Positions 53,414 to 64,000 of a stretch of 64,000 nucleotides of DNA are shown piece by piece (position 1 is the stretch's first letter; every line of letters starts with the position of its first letter). The notes under the pieces were generated by a model. It was given only the letters and a program-made list of their open reading frames with translations, did not search any database and was not told where the DNA came from. Position numbers and translations under genes: made by a program. Source of the stretch: Botryllus schlosseri (Eukaryota); NCBI GenBank assembly GCA_051294905.1, contig CM119384.1, positions 5,642,001-5,706,000 of the forward strand, given 5' to 3'.

Positions 53414-56400
53414 ATGTTCCCGAGTTATATATCTCCAAGAGTGTACGCTGTGATCGAAGATCATGGCACGTTCGAATCTGCCATGCCACACCTAACGAAG
53501 TTATATCGGAAGAAAAAGACATCATGTATGCTCAATATTTACTCGCAACTGTTGAGCAAGACTCTGGTGAGACCGTCGCTGATTTCTCACAAAAGTTGAT
53601 CGCTCTATCGCGCGATTGCGATTACGAAGCTGTTGATGCTGAAGTGCATAAGATGGAGGCCGTGCGAGATGCCCGAATTACTGGCTTGCGGTCCTCTGGC
53701 ATTAGATTGCGTCTTCTCGAACATGATGAGTTACCACTCGAAAAAGCCACGCAGATAGCAGACTCTCTAGAACGGGCGCAAGCTTTTTCTTTGTCCTATG
53801 AAATATCGCCTCCTACCGCTAACATGGTTCCGGGCAATCAGAAAATGCAGTAGACTTCACATAAGTCTGATCAATCGCCTGTATTGTCTTGCGGCTCTGA
53901 ATTGGATGCATTACAAAAATCTCCTGAAAAGAAGAAGTGCCTATTTTGTGGCGGTTTCCATACGATGCTTCGCAAGTTCTGTCCAGCCCGAAACAGTGAA
54001 TGCCCGAGATGCGGCCGACAGGGTCACTTTGCCAAAGTTTGCAAATTCAATTTGGCTTCGCTAGCCGGTGTACCCGGTTCTTCGAGGCGTTCGACGTTGC
54101 AAGTTTTTGTTGCTGAGAAGTTGGTCAAAGTACTTGTAGATTCGGGAGCATACGAATGCTACATTAGCTCATCGTTCGCCAAAATTCTCAATCTCGTTCT
54201 TACTCCTTGGGATTACACTATTGCCCTTGCATCAAAGTCATCTTCTGCTCGAGTTATTGGTCACGCATACGCGACACTTCGTATTGAAGATCAAGATTAC
54301 GGCGCAACTCAATTTTGCGTCGTTGATGAATTGTGCGCCGACGTAATTATTGGCTTGGAAGTCCTCAAACAGCATAAGAGACTTATACTTGAATTCGGTG
54401 GGCCAAAAGGAGATCTTGTAATAGGACGCAAGCATTGTGCCGTAGCTGCCGCTAAAATGAGTGATCCGCCTGAAATATTCAAGTTTGTCGATCCAGCTGT
54501 AAAGCCTGTAGCTGTGAAGTCGAGAAAGTACAACTCAGAGGATCGATCTTTCGTACGAAGCGAGGTGTGGAACCTCCGGGATGAAGGCGTTATAGAGAAA
54601 TCGGTATCTCCCTGGCGAGCTCAAGTTTTGGTAACCAAGGACCTTCGACATAAAAAAAGGTTAGTGATTGATTACTCGCGGACGCTAAATCGATACACCC
54701 CTTTGGATGCTTATCCGCTACCGAAAATTGATGATATTGTCAATGAAGTTGCAAAAGGTGTTGTTTATAGCACGATCGATTTGAAGTCTGCCTATCATCA
54801 GGTGTCTCTCCCTGCGGCCGACCGACCCTTCACAGCCTTTGAAGCCGATGGTTGTCTGTATCAATTTCATCGCCTACCCTTCGGCATCACCAATGGGGTC
54901 GCTGCATTTCAGCGGTTCATTGATAAATTCATAGCAGACAACCACTTGAAAGGCACAATAGCTTACTTGGATAATGTAACTATATACGGAAGGAATCAGA
55001 AGGAGCACAATGAGAGGCTCTCTTCGTTCATGACCGCCGCTGATTCAACAAGATTCTAAATAAAAATAAATGTGCGTTTGGGGTTTCGAAGCTCTCACTT
55101 CTCGGCCATCTGATATCCCACAATGATATTTGACCCGATCCGGATCATTTGCGACCCTCAACGCAAATGCCGGCTCCAAGCGATACTCGTAGTCTGGAGC
55201 GCTGTTTGGGCATGTTTTCGTACTATTCAAAATGGATTCCGTCCTTTTCCGAAAAAGTGAAGCCCTTCTGTGAAAATGTCGTGTTCCCCTTGCTTGATAA
55301 ACAGAGAAACGCGTTTGAAACGTTAAAACAGAATCTACTTCTATCTACCTATGATGACGAACCGTTTCAAGTTGAATGCGATGCTTCCGAAGTTGCGATC
55401 GCCTCTATTCTAAGCCAAAAAGGCAGGCCTGTTGCGTTCATGTCTCGAACGCTATCAAAATGCGAAATGAAATACCCTGCTGTAGAAAAGGAAGCTTTGG
55501 TCATTCTCGAGTCTCTTCGAAAATGGGATTATCTCTTGAACCGAAATGAATTTAAATTGATAACGGACCAAAAGGCATTATCTTTCATATTTCAAAAAGA
55601 CCATCTGAGTAAGATTAAATATGCCAAGCTCACACTGTGGAAACTTGAGTTAAGTCCGCTAAAGTATCAAATCATTCATCGCCCTGGATCCGAGAATATC
55701 GGACCTGATACTCTGTCTCGGATTCGTTGTTCGTCCCCAGGCCAGCAACACATGAGCCTTAAAGAGATACATGAAGCGCTGAGTCACCCTGGGATTCGAC
55801 GACTTGATCACTTCATCTGATCCAAGAATCTACCTTTTTCCATGAAGGACGTTAAAAGAACTTGCGCTAAATGACAAATATGTGTAAAATTGAAACCTCG
55901 GTTCTTCATGTCTAATGAAACGAACAAGTTGATAAAAGCCACTCGACAATGGGAACGTATTAGCATCGATTTCAAAGGTCCCGTTGATGGACCCAGAAAG
56001 CTCGTACTTGTTATTATTGACGAATACAGTCGCTTCCTATTTGCTTATCCTTGTCGCGACATGACGTCGTCAATTGTCTCTCATCCTTGTTTTCGCTTGT
56101 CGGTGTACCGGAATACGTATACAGTGACAGGGGTGCCTAATTTCTATCGAAGGAAATCACTGACTTCCTGACACGCAATCGCATTGCCACCAGCAAGTCG
56201 ACTCCTTATCACCCCACAGGCAATTCGCAATGCAAGAGGCTTAATCAAACTTTGTGGAAATCCGTCAAGCTGCTTTTGGAAAGTAGGATATTGCCGGAGA
56301 AACATTGGGAATCGGTTTTGCTGGATGCTCTGCATTCCATCCGGTATCTCTTATGTACGGCGACTAATTGTTCTCCTCATGACAGGTTCTTCAAATCTTC

Positions 56401-57095
56401 AAGTTTGAAGGGAGATCCATGCTGGGCGACTCCATTCCGATTGACATTCCGAAATTTTGAGCGGGACAAAGGCGACCCGCTCGTAAATGAGGTAGAACTA
56501 TTGGATGCCAACCTTAAATACACCTTAACAATTTACAGAAACGGCGTAGAATCAACTGTTTCAGCTAAAGATCTCACACCTTACCCTGTTTCTACAAAGT
56601 CTTCTGAGGCGCTTGAAAGAAAGGAAAAAGAGTTTTCATCTGCCTGCGATACAACTTAGCTGTCATCCGATGAATTTACCACGTCGTCCAGCAGTGAAAG
56701 ATGGCTTGCTTGTTAAACATTTTCTCCACGCCGCGAGGAAGTAGTGCAGCCCAGTATCAGCGTAGATGTTAAAGAAATTCTGCTACGCCGATCCACACGC
56801 ATGCGGCACGCTTCCGAACGTTACGGGCAGTTAACCTCGTAAAAGCTAGTCCCTGTTTCTCATGGTGGGGGTGAATGTGGTGATTGTTGTGATTTTATAA
56901 GTGCTGATTACTGTAATTAGTTTATTTCGCTCTGTTCATTCTTTTCGTACCTCAGTTGCTGATATCTGTGTTGTGGAGTACATGCCTTAGTTCCGTGAAG
57001 TTGACTGTAGCCGAATTATCAATTAATAGAAACCTAGAAAGTTGTCAAGCAGTTTCGTCTACGTCTACGTACGCTTTCCTCGAAAGGTCACTACA
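53414..57095 (+). mobile_element. 5'-truncated, degenerate Ty3/Gypsy LTR retrotransposon
   Basis: Order is gag (YLLATVEQ..RDARITGLRSSGIRLRLLE; CCHC knuckle CPRCGRQGHFAKVC), protease (LVDSGA), RT (IDLKSAYHQ, LPFG, YLDN), RNase H (CDAS) and integrase (ISIDFKGP). Multiple stops and frameshifts. Polypurine tract ggtgggggtgaa precedes the 3' LTR. Confidence 0.93.
56876..57095 (+). repeat. 3' LTR of the Gypsy element (220 bp)
   Basis: Termini TGTGGTGA...TCACTACA directly follow the polypurine tract. No second copy was found upstream of gag. Confidence 0.8.
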
Positions 57096-58081
57096 TGTAT
57101 TTTACTACTTTGCTAATCCCGGGAAATCCCGGGTTTGGGAAGCGAAAATCCAGGGAAATCCCGATCCCCTGATTTCAAATCTGATCCTAAAGTCTTAACC
57201 CTAAACAGCACATCCCACATTTTGCATCAAATGTTGACCAAGCGATATTCATTAACAAAGAATTCCGAGGAAAGCTCTTGCCTAAATTTGCGACAAGTCC
57301 CCGAATTATTAGGGAGAAATGCCACAATTACTGTATAATGCAGAGAACTTGGTTTGATTTGGACACACTCAACAGATTCAGAAAGAGATAGATGCTTTCT
57401 CATGACTTAGGCAGGGGCGGGCAACCTACGGAAGTCGCAATACATTCATTCGGAAATTGGTTACTTTATAGCAGTGGTTATAAACCGGTGTTCAATGGAA
57501 CACAAGGGGTTTCCTCAGCCAGTCTCCGGAGTTTTCTGGAGGTCAATACGTACATTCCAACCATACATATGATTTGTGGTGATAAGGCCGTCTTGGCTAT
57601 CATCAGTTGCAGGTAGCTAGGCCTAGGGTGAGGTTCGAAACCCCATCTTTCTGAAATGCCTATTCTGTCTCCAAGAACATTTGTGGTTACCAGTAAGGAA
57701 TTGGTATCACGCTGTTGGGTTTCTACCATACAATACGATGACACTTTTCAAAGTAAAAGCCTTGCATTTCTGAACTGGTATCTGAAAGGGGAATGGCAGA
57801 AGTCACTCTCATTCGCAATAAATATTCATTGTAATGTTTTCGTTTTGTGTGAAAATTATATTTTAATGGTTTTGTTCTTTCGACACTCTGTGGATGGACA
57901 GTTCATTCGGTTTGTAAAGGATAAGAATCACTGCTTACCAGCTTACCACTAGACACAAGAGAAAACAATGGTAAGGCAAGAAACAAAAGAAACAAGATAT
58001 GTACATTTGTTCATACAATCAACTCTTCAAGATTTTTGTTTTATCAGTAGTGACTTGCACGTTGAATACGCCGACATCATC

Positions 58082-61000
58082 ATGGACTTGGATTTATTGC
58101 AAGATGTAATGACTCTAGTAAGAAATCAAATTGGTCAAGGTGCATTCAAGAATCTGGAAGATACTTCCGATGATGTTACAAAAACTGGTAAGTCTTTTGT
58201 AGTGTAATTACATATAGACAATTATCACCAAAAGTAGGGGAGTGGTAGGGTAGGACACAGAGAAGAAGACCTTAGGTCCTTTCAGTGTAAAGTAAAATTG
58301 AAGAAACAACCCCCTCTTCTCTATTAGATAGGCACTGATAGACACTATATAGTGCACACTGCACAGCGAACAATGAAATATCACATATGGCATTTCGAAT
58401 TTTAGCAGAGCAACACTAAATTACAAGGAATTCCAATAAAAGATCGCAGCTAAATTTGAGAGGATGGTCGTGAATCAAGAACTACAATCACTTGTGTACA
58501 CGAGGCAGCTATAGAATGCAGTTAGGGTTGGATATTTTTCTGCAGATTCAGAAATAAACATATGCTTTCTCATGATTTACAGCGGCGACGAATCTATAAT
58601 ATATAGTCACATTATCGATAGTGAAAGAAAAAACAAGGTATTGAAATTTAACAAAGGAGATGAATCTATTCCGGCAGGAAACTTCAATAGTGAAGAAGCA
58701 ATGAAAACAACGGGTGTCACAATACAGTTAATCTAAAATCGTTCACTATTTAGCTTACCACCAGACCCCGAGAGAAGAAAATAGTAGGGCAACAACAGAT
58801 TTACAATTGTACACCGTACGTAGACCCATACAGTCAGTAGTTCAAGATTTTGCTCAATCATTAGTGCCTTGGTAGTTGAATACTCTTATACTATCATGGA
58901 CTTGGATTTGCTGCAAGATGTAATCACAGTAGTAAGAAATCAAATAGGTCAAGAAGCATTCAAGAATCTACAAGATACTTCTGATGATGTTAAACAAACT
59001 GGTAAGTTTTTTGTAGTGTAATGAAAACAAGACAATCATCATCTAAAGCAGGGCAGTGGTTGGTAGGACACGACACAGTATAAATACAAACCTATCCGAT
59101 CAATTAATCTTCCCTCCATGTTGATGGTGAAATTCGATTACGGTACACGGATGAACCTCATATCAGAGAATGTAACCCGTACAAGGGGGCCAAGTGAGAG
59201 ATACTAGTGAAATCTATGGGTATATTTTGTAGGTTCAATTGCACCGAATGATTACTCCTATGAATCAAGCTGACAAATTCATTGTACAGTTTTCAAAGTT
59301 TTTGCTGGATGGATCATCTACTTTATGCAGTGTACCTAAACATGTATTTTTTATGGCAGAATGACGATTAGTGTGATATTACTAGATGACAGGTCACGAA
59401 GTCACTGAAGATTAGTACTTGGCTTTAAAACTGCAACTACGAATATGAAAGAAAGTATAAATCTGTGAGAAATTATAGTTTACGATCAAATCACCGGCCA
59501 TATGACATGCAAATTTACATTACCAACTGCTCAGGCTGACGCACCAACCAATAGTGCTGAAGTTGAACCTATTACATTTCAGAGAAATTGGCACAGATCT
59601 CAGATTTGGAGATTGGAGGTGCCTCAAGTGATGAATCAGGTAATGTGACATAAATTGCATCGATGATAATAATTTATTGTACTTTATATATTAATATACA
59701 TTGATAACCTTGTGATCACGCAACTTGAATGATATTACACCGCATTCCGTATCTATCAAGGTAGTAAAATGTCTGAAGTACGCATGCTAAGGATGGCGAT
59801 CCAAGATTTTGTTGACAACATGCGATCGGAATTAGCAAATTTTGACACCACGCTCAAGGGTGCACGAGCCGAGAAACACCAACTTCAAGTCACAGAGTCA
59901 GCGATCCAGGAGATAAAGAAATCAATCGAGCAAATTCAACAATACGCAGAATTGTATGAGGAGCTCCAATTAAAAAGTTGTCACTTGAAATACTTCTTCG
60001 ACACGATCAAAGCAACCACCCAAATGGATGTCGCAGCACAATCCATCCAGTTTCGTGCAAAGTGGAAAGCGTACAACATCCTATCTTTGGCTCACTTACT
60101 GCTGATGACAAATGAATACAAGGCCGCAAAAGACGCCAGCAAATATGTCATATTCTGGCTGCAGCAGAACATTGGTGCCGAAGCCAGGACGACTAATTTG
60201 CACGGATTTTCGTGTCACATCTTGGCTATAATACATCGCACCCAAAACAACTACGAAACCGCAGCACAATACTATGAAAGTGCCTTGGACGCTTATCGAG
60301 GCGACTTTGATTGGATCGACGCGAAAGTGCGAAAGAATCTGATTCAAGTTATTGGCGCGAAACTGGAGTATGCCAAAAGAAAGGTCAATTACGTCGGTTG
60401 GTGCAAAGTTTTTAATTGTGATCATTTCAATCATACCAACACGCTTGCCTAAACCCAATAAGCCAAGGATTAAGTCTGTGCTTGGTATAACTTTGAAAGC
60501 AAGAATGCTACACAACGGATTTAGTATCACAGATCACTGAAGGTGAAAAATTTCTATGTGGCTTCTAAATCTAAGAGTACAAGAGTACTAAGAGAGAACA
60601 ATAAGAATTACAACTTCAATATTAGACTTCATAGGTAAAATGAATCTGCTTTTCAACTGAAGACAAATCCTACTCTTTACAGACACACCAAGTGTTGACA
60701 ACATGTAAAACGTTACTGGTATAAATATAAAACCTCGACCGACAATAACTCAAATCCATGATAATAATGCGCTTCCAATATGTACATTTCATTTATAACT
60801 CAAGTTTATTAAAAATATCACTATACCATGCAGAAATCAAACTGATATTCCAATAAGCATCAAATTGCTCAATGATAATTTCTTATGCCGAATTATTTAG
60901 TACTAAGACAACATCGTAAGCTGCGCAGTTCACATTCATGTGCAATATTTCAGAAGCGTTCATTGGACCCGAGGGTGGACGTCTCGGGTTGAACAGTTGC

Positions 61001-62746
61001 CAAGTACAAATACCGCAAGGCGCGTTGTCTGGTAAGAAGCAATTCATTCTCCGAACTTCGCTGGTGGAGAACTACGAAAAAGACTACGCTCCGATAAGCG
61101 CCGTGCTCGAATGCGAGCCTCCGACCAGCTTCAAATCGCCCGTCAAAATAGCGTTGCCGACATGGTGCGAAGTAAAGGGCGAGAAAGTCATCGCGAAAAT
61201 TTTCTGTCTCAGCAACGAGTCCTCAAAACGGGAACTAATAGAGAGCGTCGACTTACAGAACGTGGAAGACGCGATCACATTCGACAGCATACACTTTTCC
61301 TCGTTTTTCATGATGATCAAAAAGACTTTCCTTCGAATGGTCAAGTTCAAGGCGACTATGAACATATGGAATAGTCCGGAGGGAAATTACAACTTCATAC
61401 TATCGGCAAGGGACAGAACGGTGGAGAAGAAGTGGCGAGAAGACCTGCACTCGCAAGGTTACAGTCCCACAAGAGCCATAATGAATCCGATTGTAGTAAA
61501 AAACAAACAGGAGTTGACATTAATCTTGACGTGCGACAAGGGAAACTTTGCGCCGCCTCGACAAATGCTGATTGCGGATTTCTTCCACAATCCGACTTTC
61601 CACAAAAACTTTGTTCTCAACTTGGATGAAGAAGGAACTAACGAAGGCAACATAACAGTGTCGTGTACGGTGATGAGTCAAGGCAGAGTTGTCGAGGAGG
61701 TGCGGTGGAAAGAAACGGCGACAAGCAATGGTGAGGGACAGAGTGACAAGGTCAATTAGTATTCACAAATGTAAACATTTGCTGGTAGTCGGCAACCTAT
61801 CAAACAGAATCAGCCTGTATGTCAATTTCTGACAACAATGCACCAATTTTCACTGTTATTCATACCCAGCAGTCTAACGATACTGACAGTTTTCTTCTGG
61901 ATAAGGTGACTAATTACGCAGATCTCAAGTTTCCTGGTTTCGGTTCAGTTTTTCTCATCACAAATTAATTGATTACTACTACTACCACCATTCTACTTGA
62001 TAATTTTCAAACAAAAATCATCATTTCTATATTTTTGATTTTGTGAAATAGGAAGTAATTTACAAACAGGTTTGTATCACTTCTACGAGTGAAATCGTCA
62101 TCAGCAACTATTTTTCAATTCGCAAGTAGCCCTAATCGATTGGCTAGCGCAAGTAGATTTCTACCTCACCTTCACTCGCAAAAAAGTGATGGAAACATCT
62201 CCCGAAATTACTTTCTACTTTACGCAATACAAAGCGTAAAATTAAGTAGTTTTGCATAGTAGTGGTTAAGTACTCTTAATACACACCCATTTGAGCAAGT
62301 AGGCTAAACCTATTTGGGTGCTACAAAGTCGAAGCACTTCGTTAGTGACCACATCTAATCGCAGGTAATCAGCGCGCCAGACTGGCAGACATTTTCCAAG
62401 ACGAGATCGTCAAGGAATTTTCCAGCAAAACGCTATGGAGACGGTTCGCTGTGTCCTCCCACGGGCTCACGTTATCCGTGGAAAGAGTGAATACTATCGA
62501 ATCGAATTACCCGGCGGACTTAGAGCGCCAGAAAATCGCCATGTTGGAATCGTGGAGGGACATAACTGGAGGAAGCGGTGAGAGAGACTTCTTCCTCTTT
62601 TGATTTGACACAGATATTTAGTAACAAGTTTATAATAATAATCGGCATGTTGTCAAAATTGCTAACCGACGTTCTATTCAGAACACGCTCTCATATTGAA
62701 GATAAGGACTACCGTCGAAAAATTTCGAGAGCACGAACAAACCTAG
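58082..62746 (+). CDS. Helical/TPR-like - ZU5 - UPA-like - death-domain protein, paralog 2 (617 aa), two candidate first exons
   Basis: Exons 58082-58187 or 58896-59001, then 59583-59639, 59761-60396, 60954-61730, 62365-62577, 62682-62746 total 1854 nt and are open, with all introns phase 1. Exon-for-exon homology to paralog 1. IHFSSF motif at 61292-61300. Confidence 0.85.
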
Positions 62747-63078
62747 TGGTACATCCTCAGAAGACTTGCAATCTGTTAAGACGTCTAAATTTCAAAGAGT
62801 ACCAACAAAATCACCTCTTTCATAATAAAGAAATTGTACCATACTATTCAGTGTTTTGTCTGAAGGGCTCAACGTATTAACTCTGAATTAGCGCAGATAT
62901 CGGTTTGATATTCAGGCATTGTCAACATGTCAAACTTGTCCATTACTATGCGGTGACATTGGTATTAGCTGTATACTGTAGTAGCACAATTAATCGAAAA
63001 TCGGTATATATGCCGCAAATAGATCTAGGAACAATATATCATGTCCTATTCTTATTTAATAACGACTATGGGCTAGAA

Positions 63079-63292
63079 TAGGGGTGGCCAACCTTTTTGC
63101 TATTCACGGCCGCATTCCTGACTATAGTCGGCGCCAAATACCCATAATAAACCGTCCTTGCCCATTATTGGTAAATTCTGGACTATATATGTTTTCATAT
63201 CGGCTTATGATACGCACCAAAATCGACGGCCGCCAACACATAGGCCTACTAATTGAATTACATGTTGACGGCCACAGGTTGGCCACCCCTGA
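63079..63292. mobile_element. hAT-Charlie-like MITE, no clear TSD
   Basis: TIRs taggggtggccaacc / ggttggccacccctg with subterminal ggccgc motifs. Flanks match only 4/8. Confidence 0.75.
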
Positions 63293-63355
63293 GCTGTATT
63301 TAATTCCGGTTCCGGGCGCATGCCGCGATCTTATCAATAGAAATTGACTGTCTAC

Positions 63356-63620
63356 CAAATGCCCAATAGTTTTTAGATTCGATATTGTTGTTCTCGATAC
63401 GAGTACGTCCAGGGTCCAGCAATCAAGTTTATCGGAATATAGAAGGTTTCCTGTTCAAAAGAATCTCTTGATGCATCAATATTTGACAATGGCATGACAT
63501 ACTGCACACATTGTGACATTGTGCGACAATTTCAGAGTACAAATATGTATCAAGCAGACCGGAAATATAGATGTTGGCAAACGAGAAAGCGTGTATTCTA
63601 TTCTAATCGGTATCGCCACG
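63356..63620 (-). CDS. AHCTF1: Probable ELYS beta-propeller exons (63450-63356 and one ending at 63560)
   Basis: Spliced reading RIHAFSFANIYISG/NLLYSDKLDCWTLDVLVSRTTISNLKTIGHL resembles, from memory, the vertebrate ELYS segment LHLLQLAFG..SGQILYEG..YTLDL..TSNTKLLG. Acceptor ttgaacag| and donor |gtagac; the upstream donor gtctgc is weak. Confidence 0.5.
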
Positions 63621-63859
63621 AATGGGTTTTGAGTCTGAAGTCTGAGTAGCTTTCGTCGCGACAATTGTTTTCTCAAGGCATATACCCTCTAATTTCGCGC
63701 TGCGATTACCAAGACTATCCTGAAGCTAGCTAGCTCAAGAATGGTTTAGTAAACGAATATGGGCGAACTGAATTTAGATTTTAGAAAAGCAGAACGTCTA
63801 TTTGGGTGCCTGGTCGGGAGAGGTGATCTATGATAGATGGTGAATTTCTCAACACACGC

Positions 63860-64000
63860 TAGGCGCGCAGCCAGTCGTAAAATTAGGGGGATTTGGATTT
63901 TTTCCAAATTTACCAATATCGCATCAATTCAATTCGGGTTAAGTACATGTGTAAATGACGATCATATAATCTCTTCTGGTTGACGATTTTAAGCGTACGA
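63860..64000 (+). mobile_element. Left end of another caggcgcgtagcc-family hAT element, running off the window
   Basis: taggcgcgcagccagtcgtaaaattaggggg resembles the 30893 left end caggcgcgtagccagccgaaaaataaggggg, and the downstream gcatcaattcattagggctaagtacatg-like motif also matches. Confidence 0.7.

Larger units (their letters stand above)
52233..57203 (+). mobile_element. Second, decayed hAT element (aatcccgg subterminal family) interrupted by Gypsy
   Basis: Left end ggttgggaccccgaaaaatcccg and right end aatcccggg...gtcttaacccta. Remnants at ~52550-52920 read as a BED finger (RKSDVWQNF..EKAKCNL) and LDELLSQLTAVDGLAFNQIAES. Confidence 0.7.

Noticed and set aside
53851-53853. In-frame TAG in Gypsy gag as programmed read-through
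   Set aside because: It lies before the zinc knuckles rather than at the gag-pol boundary, and the element has many other lesions. A simple nonsense mutation is more likely.
57400-57950. Several 70-100 aa ORFs between the Gypsy/hAT nest and paralog 2
   Set aside because: No recognisable motifs, no consistent splice signals, and no counterpart in the other duplicated units.
61905-61935. gcagatctcaagttt match to exon 2 as an extra exon of paralog 2
   Set aside because: A short match without suitable splice sites, and the gene model is complete without it.

Overview
This is AT-rich, intron-containing animal DNA. It looks like a marine invertebrate or chordate, possibly an ascidian, but that is inference only. 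The backbone is a long minus-strand ELYS/AHCTF1 nucleoporin gene, traced by manual exon reconstruction from its stop at 7299 through the AT-hook, acidic region and ELYS domain to exons near 40.1 kb. Probable N-terminal propeller exons lie near 63.4-63.6 kb. Three plus-strand genes sit antisense inside its introns. One is a complete 6-exon alpha-L-fucosidase (27534-30539). The other two are paralogous 6-exon genes (40474-47471 and 58082-62746) encoding helical/TPR-like - ZU5 (intact HFS motif) - UPA-like - death-domain proteins with only phase-1 introns; these PIDD-like genes are the best candidate for an undescribed system. A second fucosidase (last exon 148-585) and decayed ELYS exon copies (4.7-6.6 kb) mark an old segmental duplication. 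Introns are packed with hAT-type elements, 12 of them with perfect 8-bp target-site duplications (TSDs). These include a 1.6-kb fold-back palindrome, elements with doubled right ends, a frameshifted hAT transposase, and a 5'-truncated Gypsy nested in a second decayed hAT. All homology calls come from motif recognition, not database searches.
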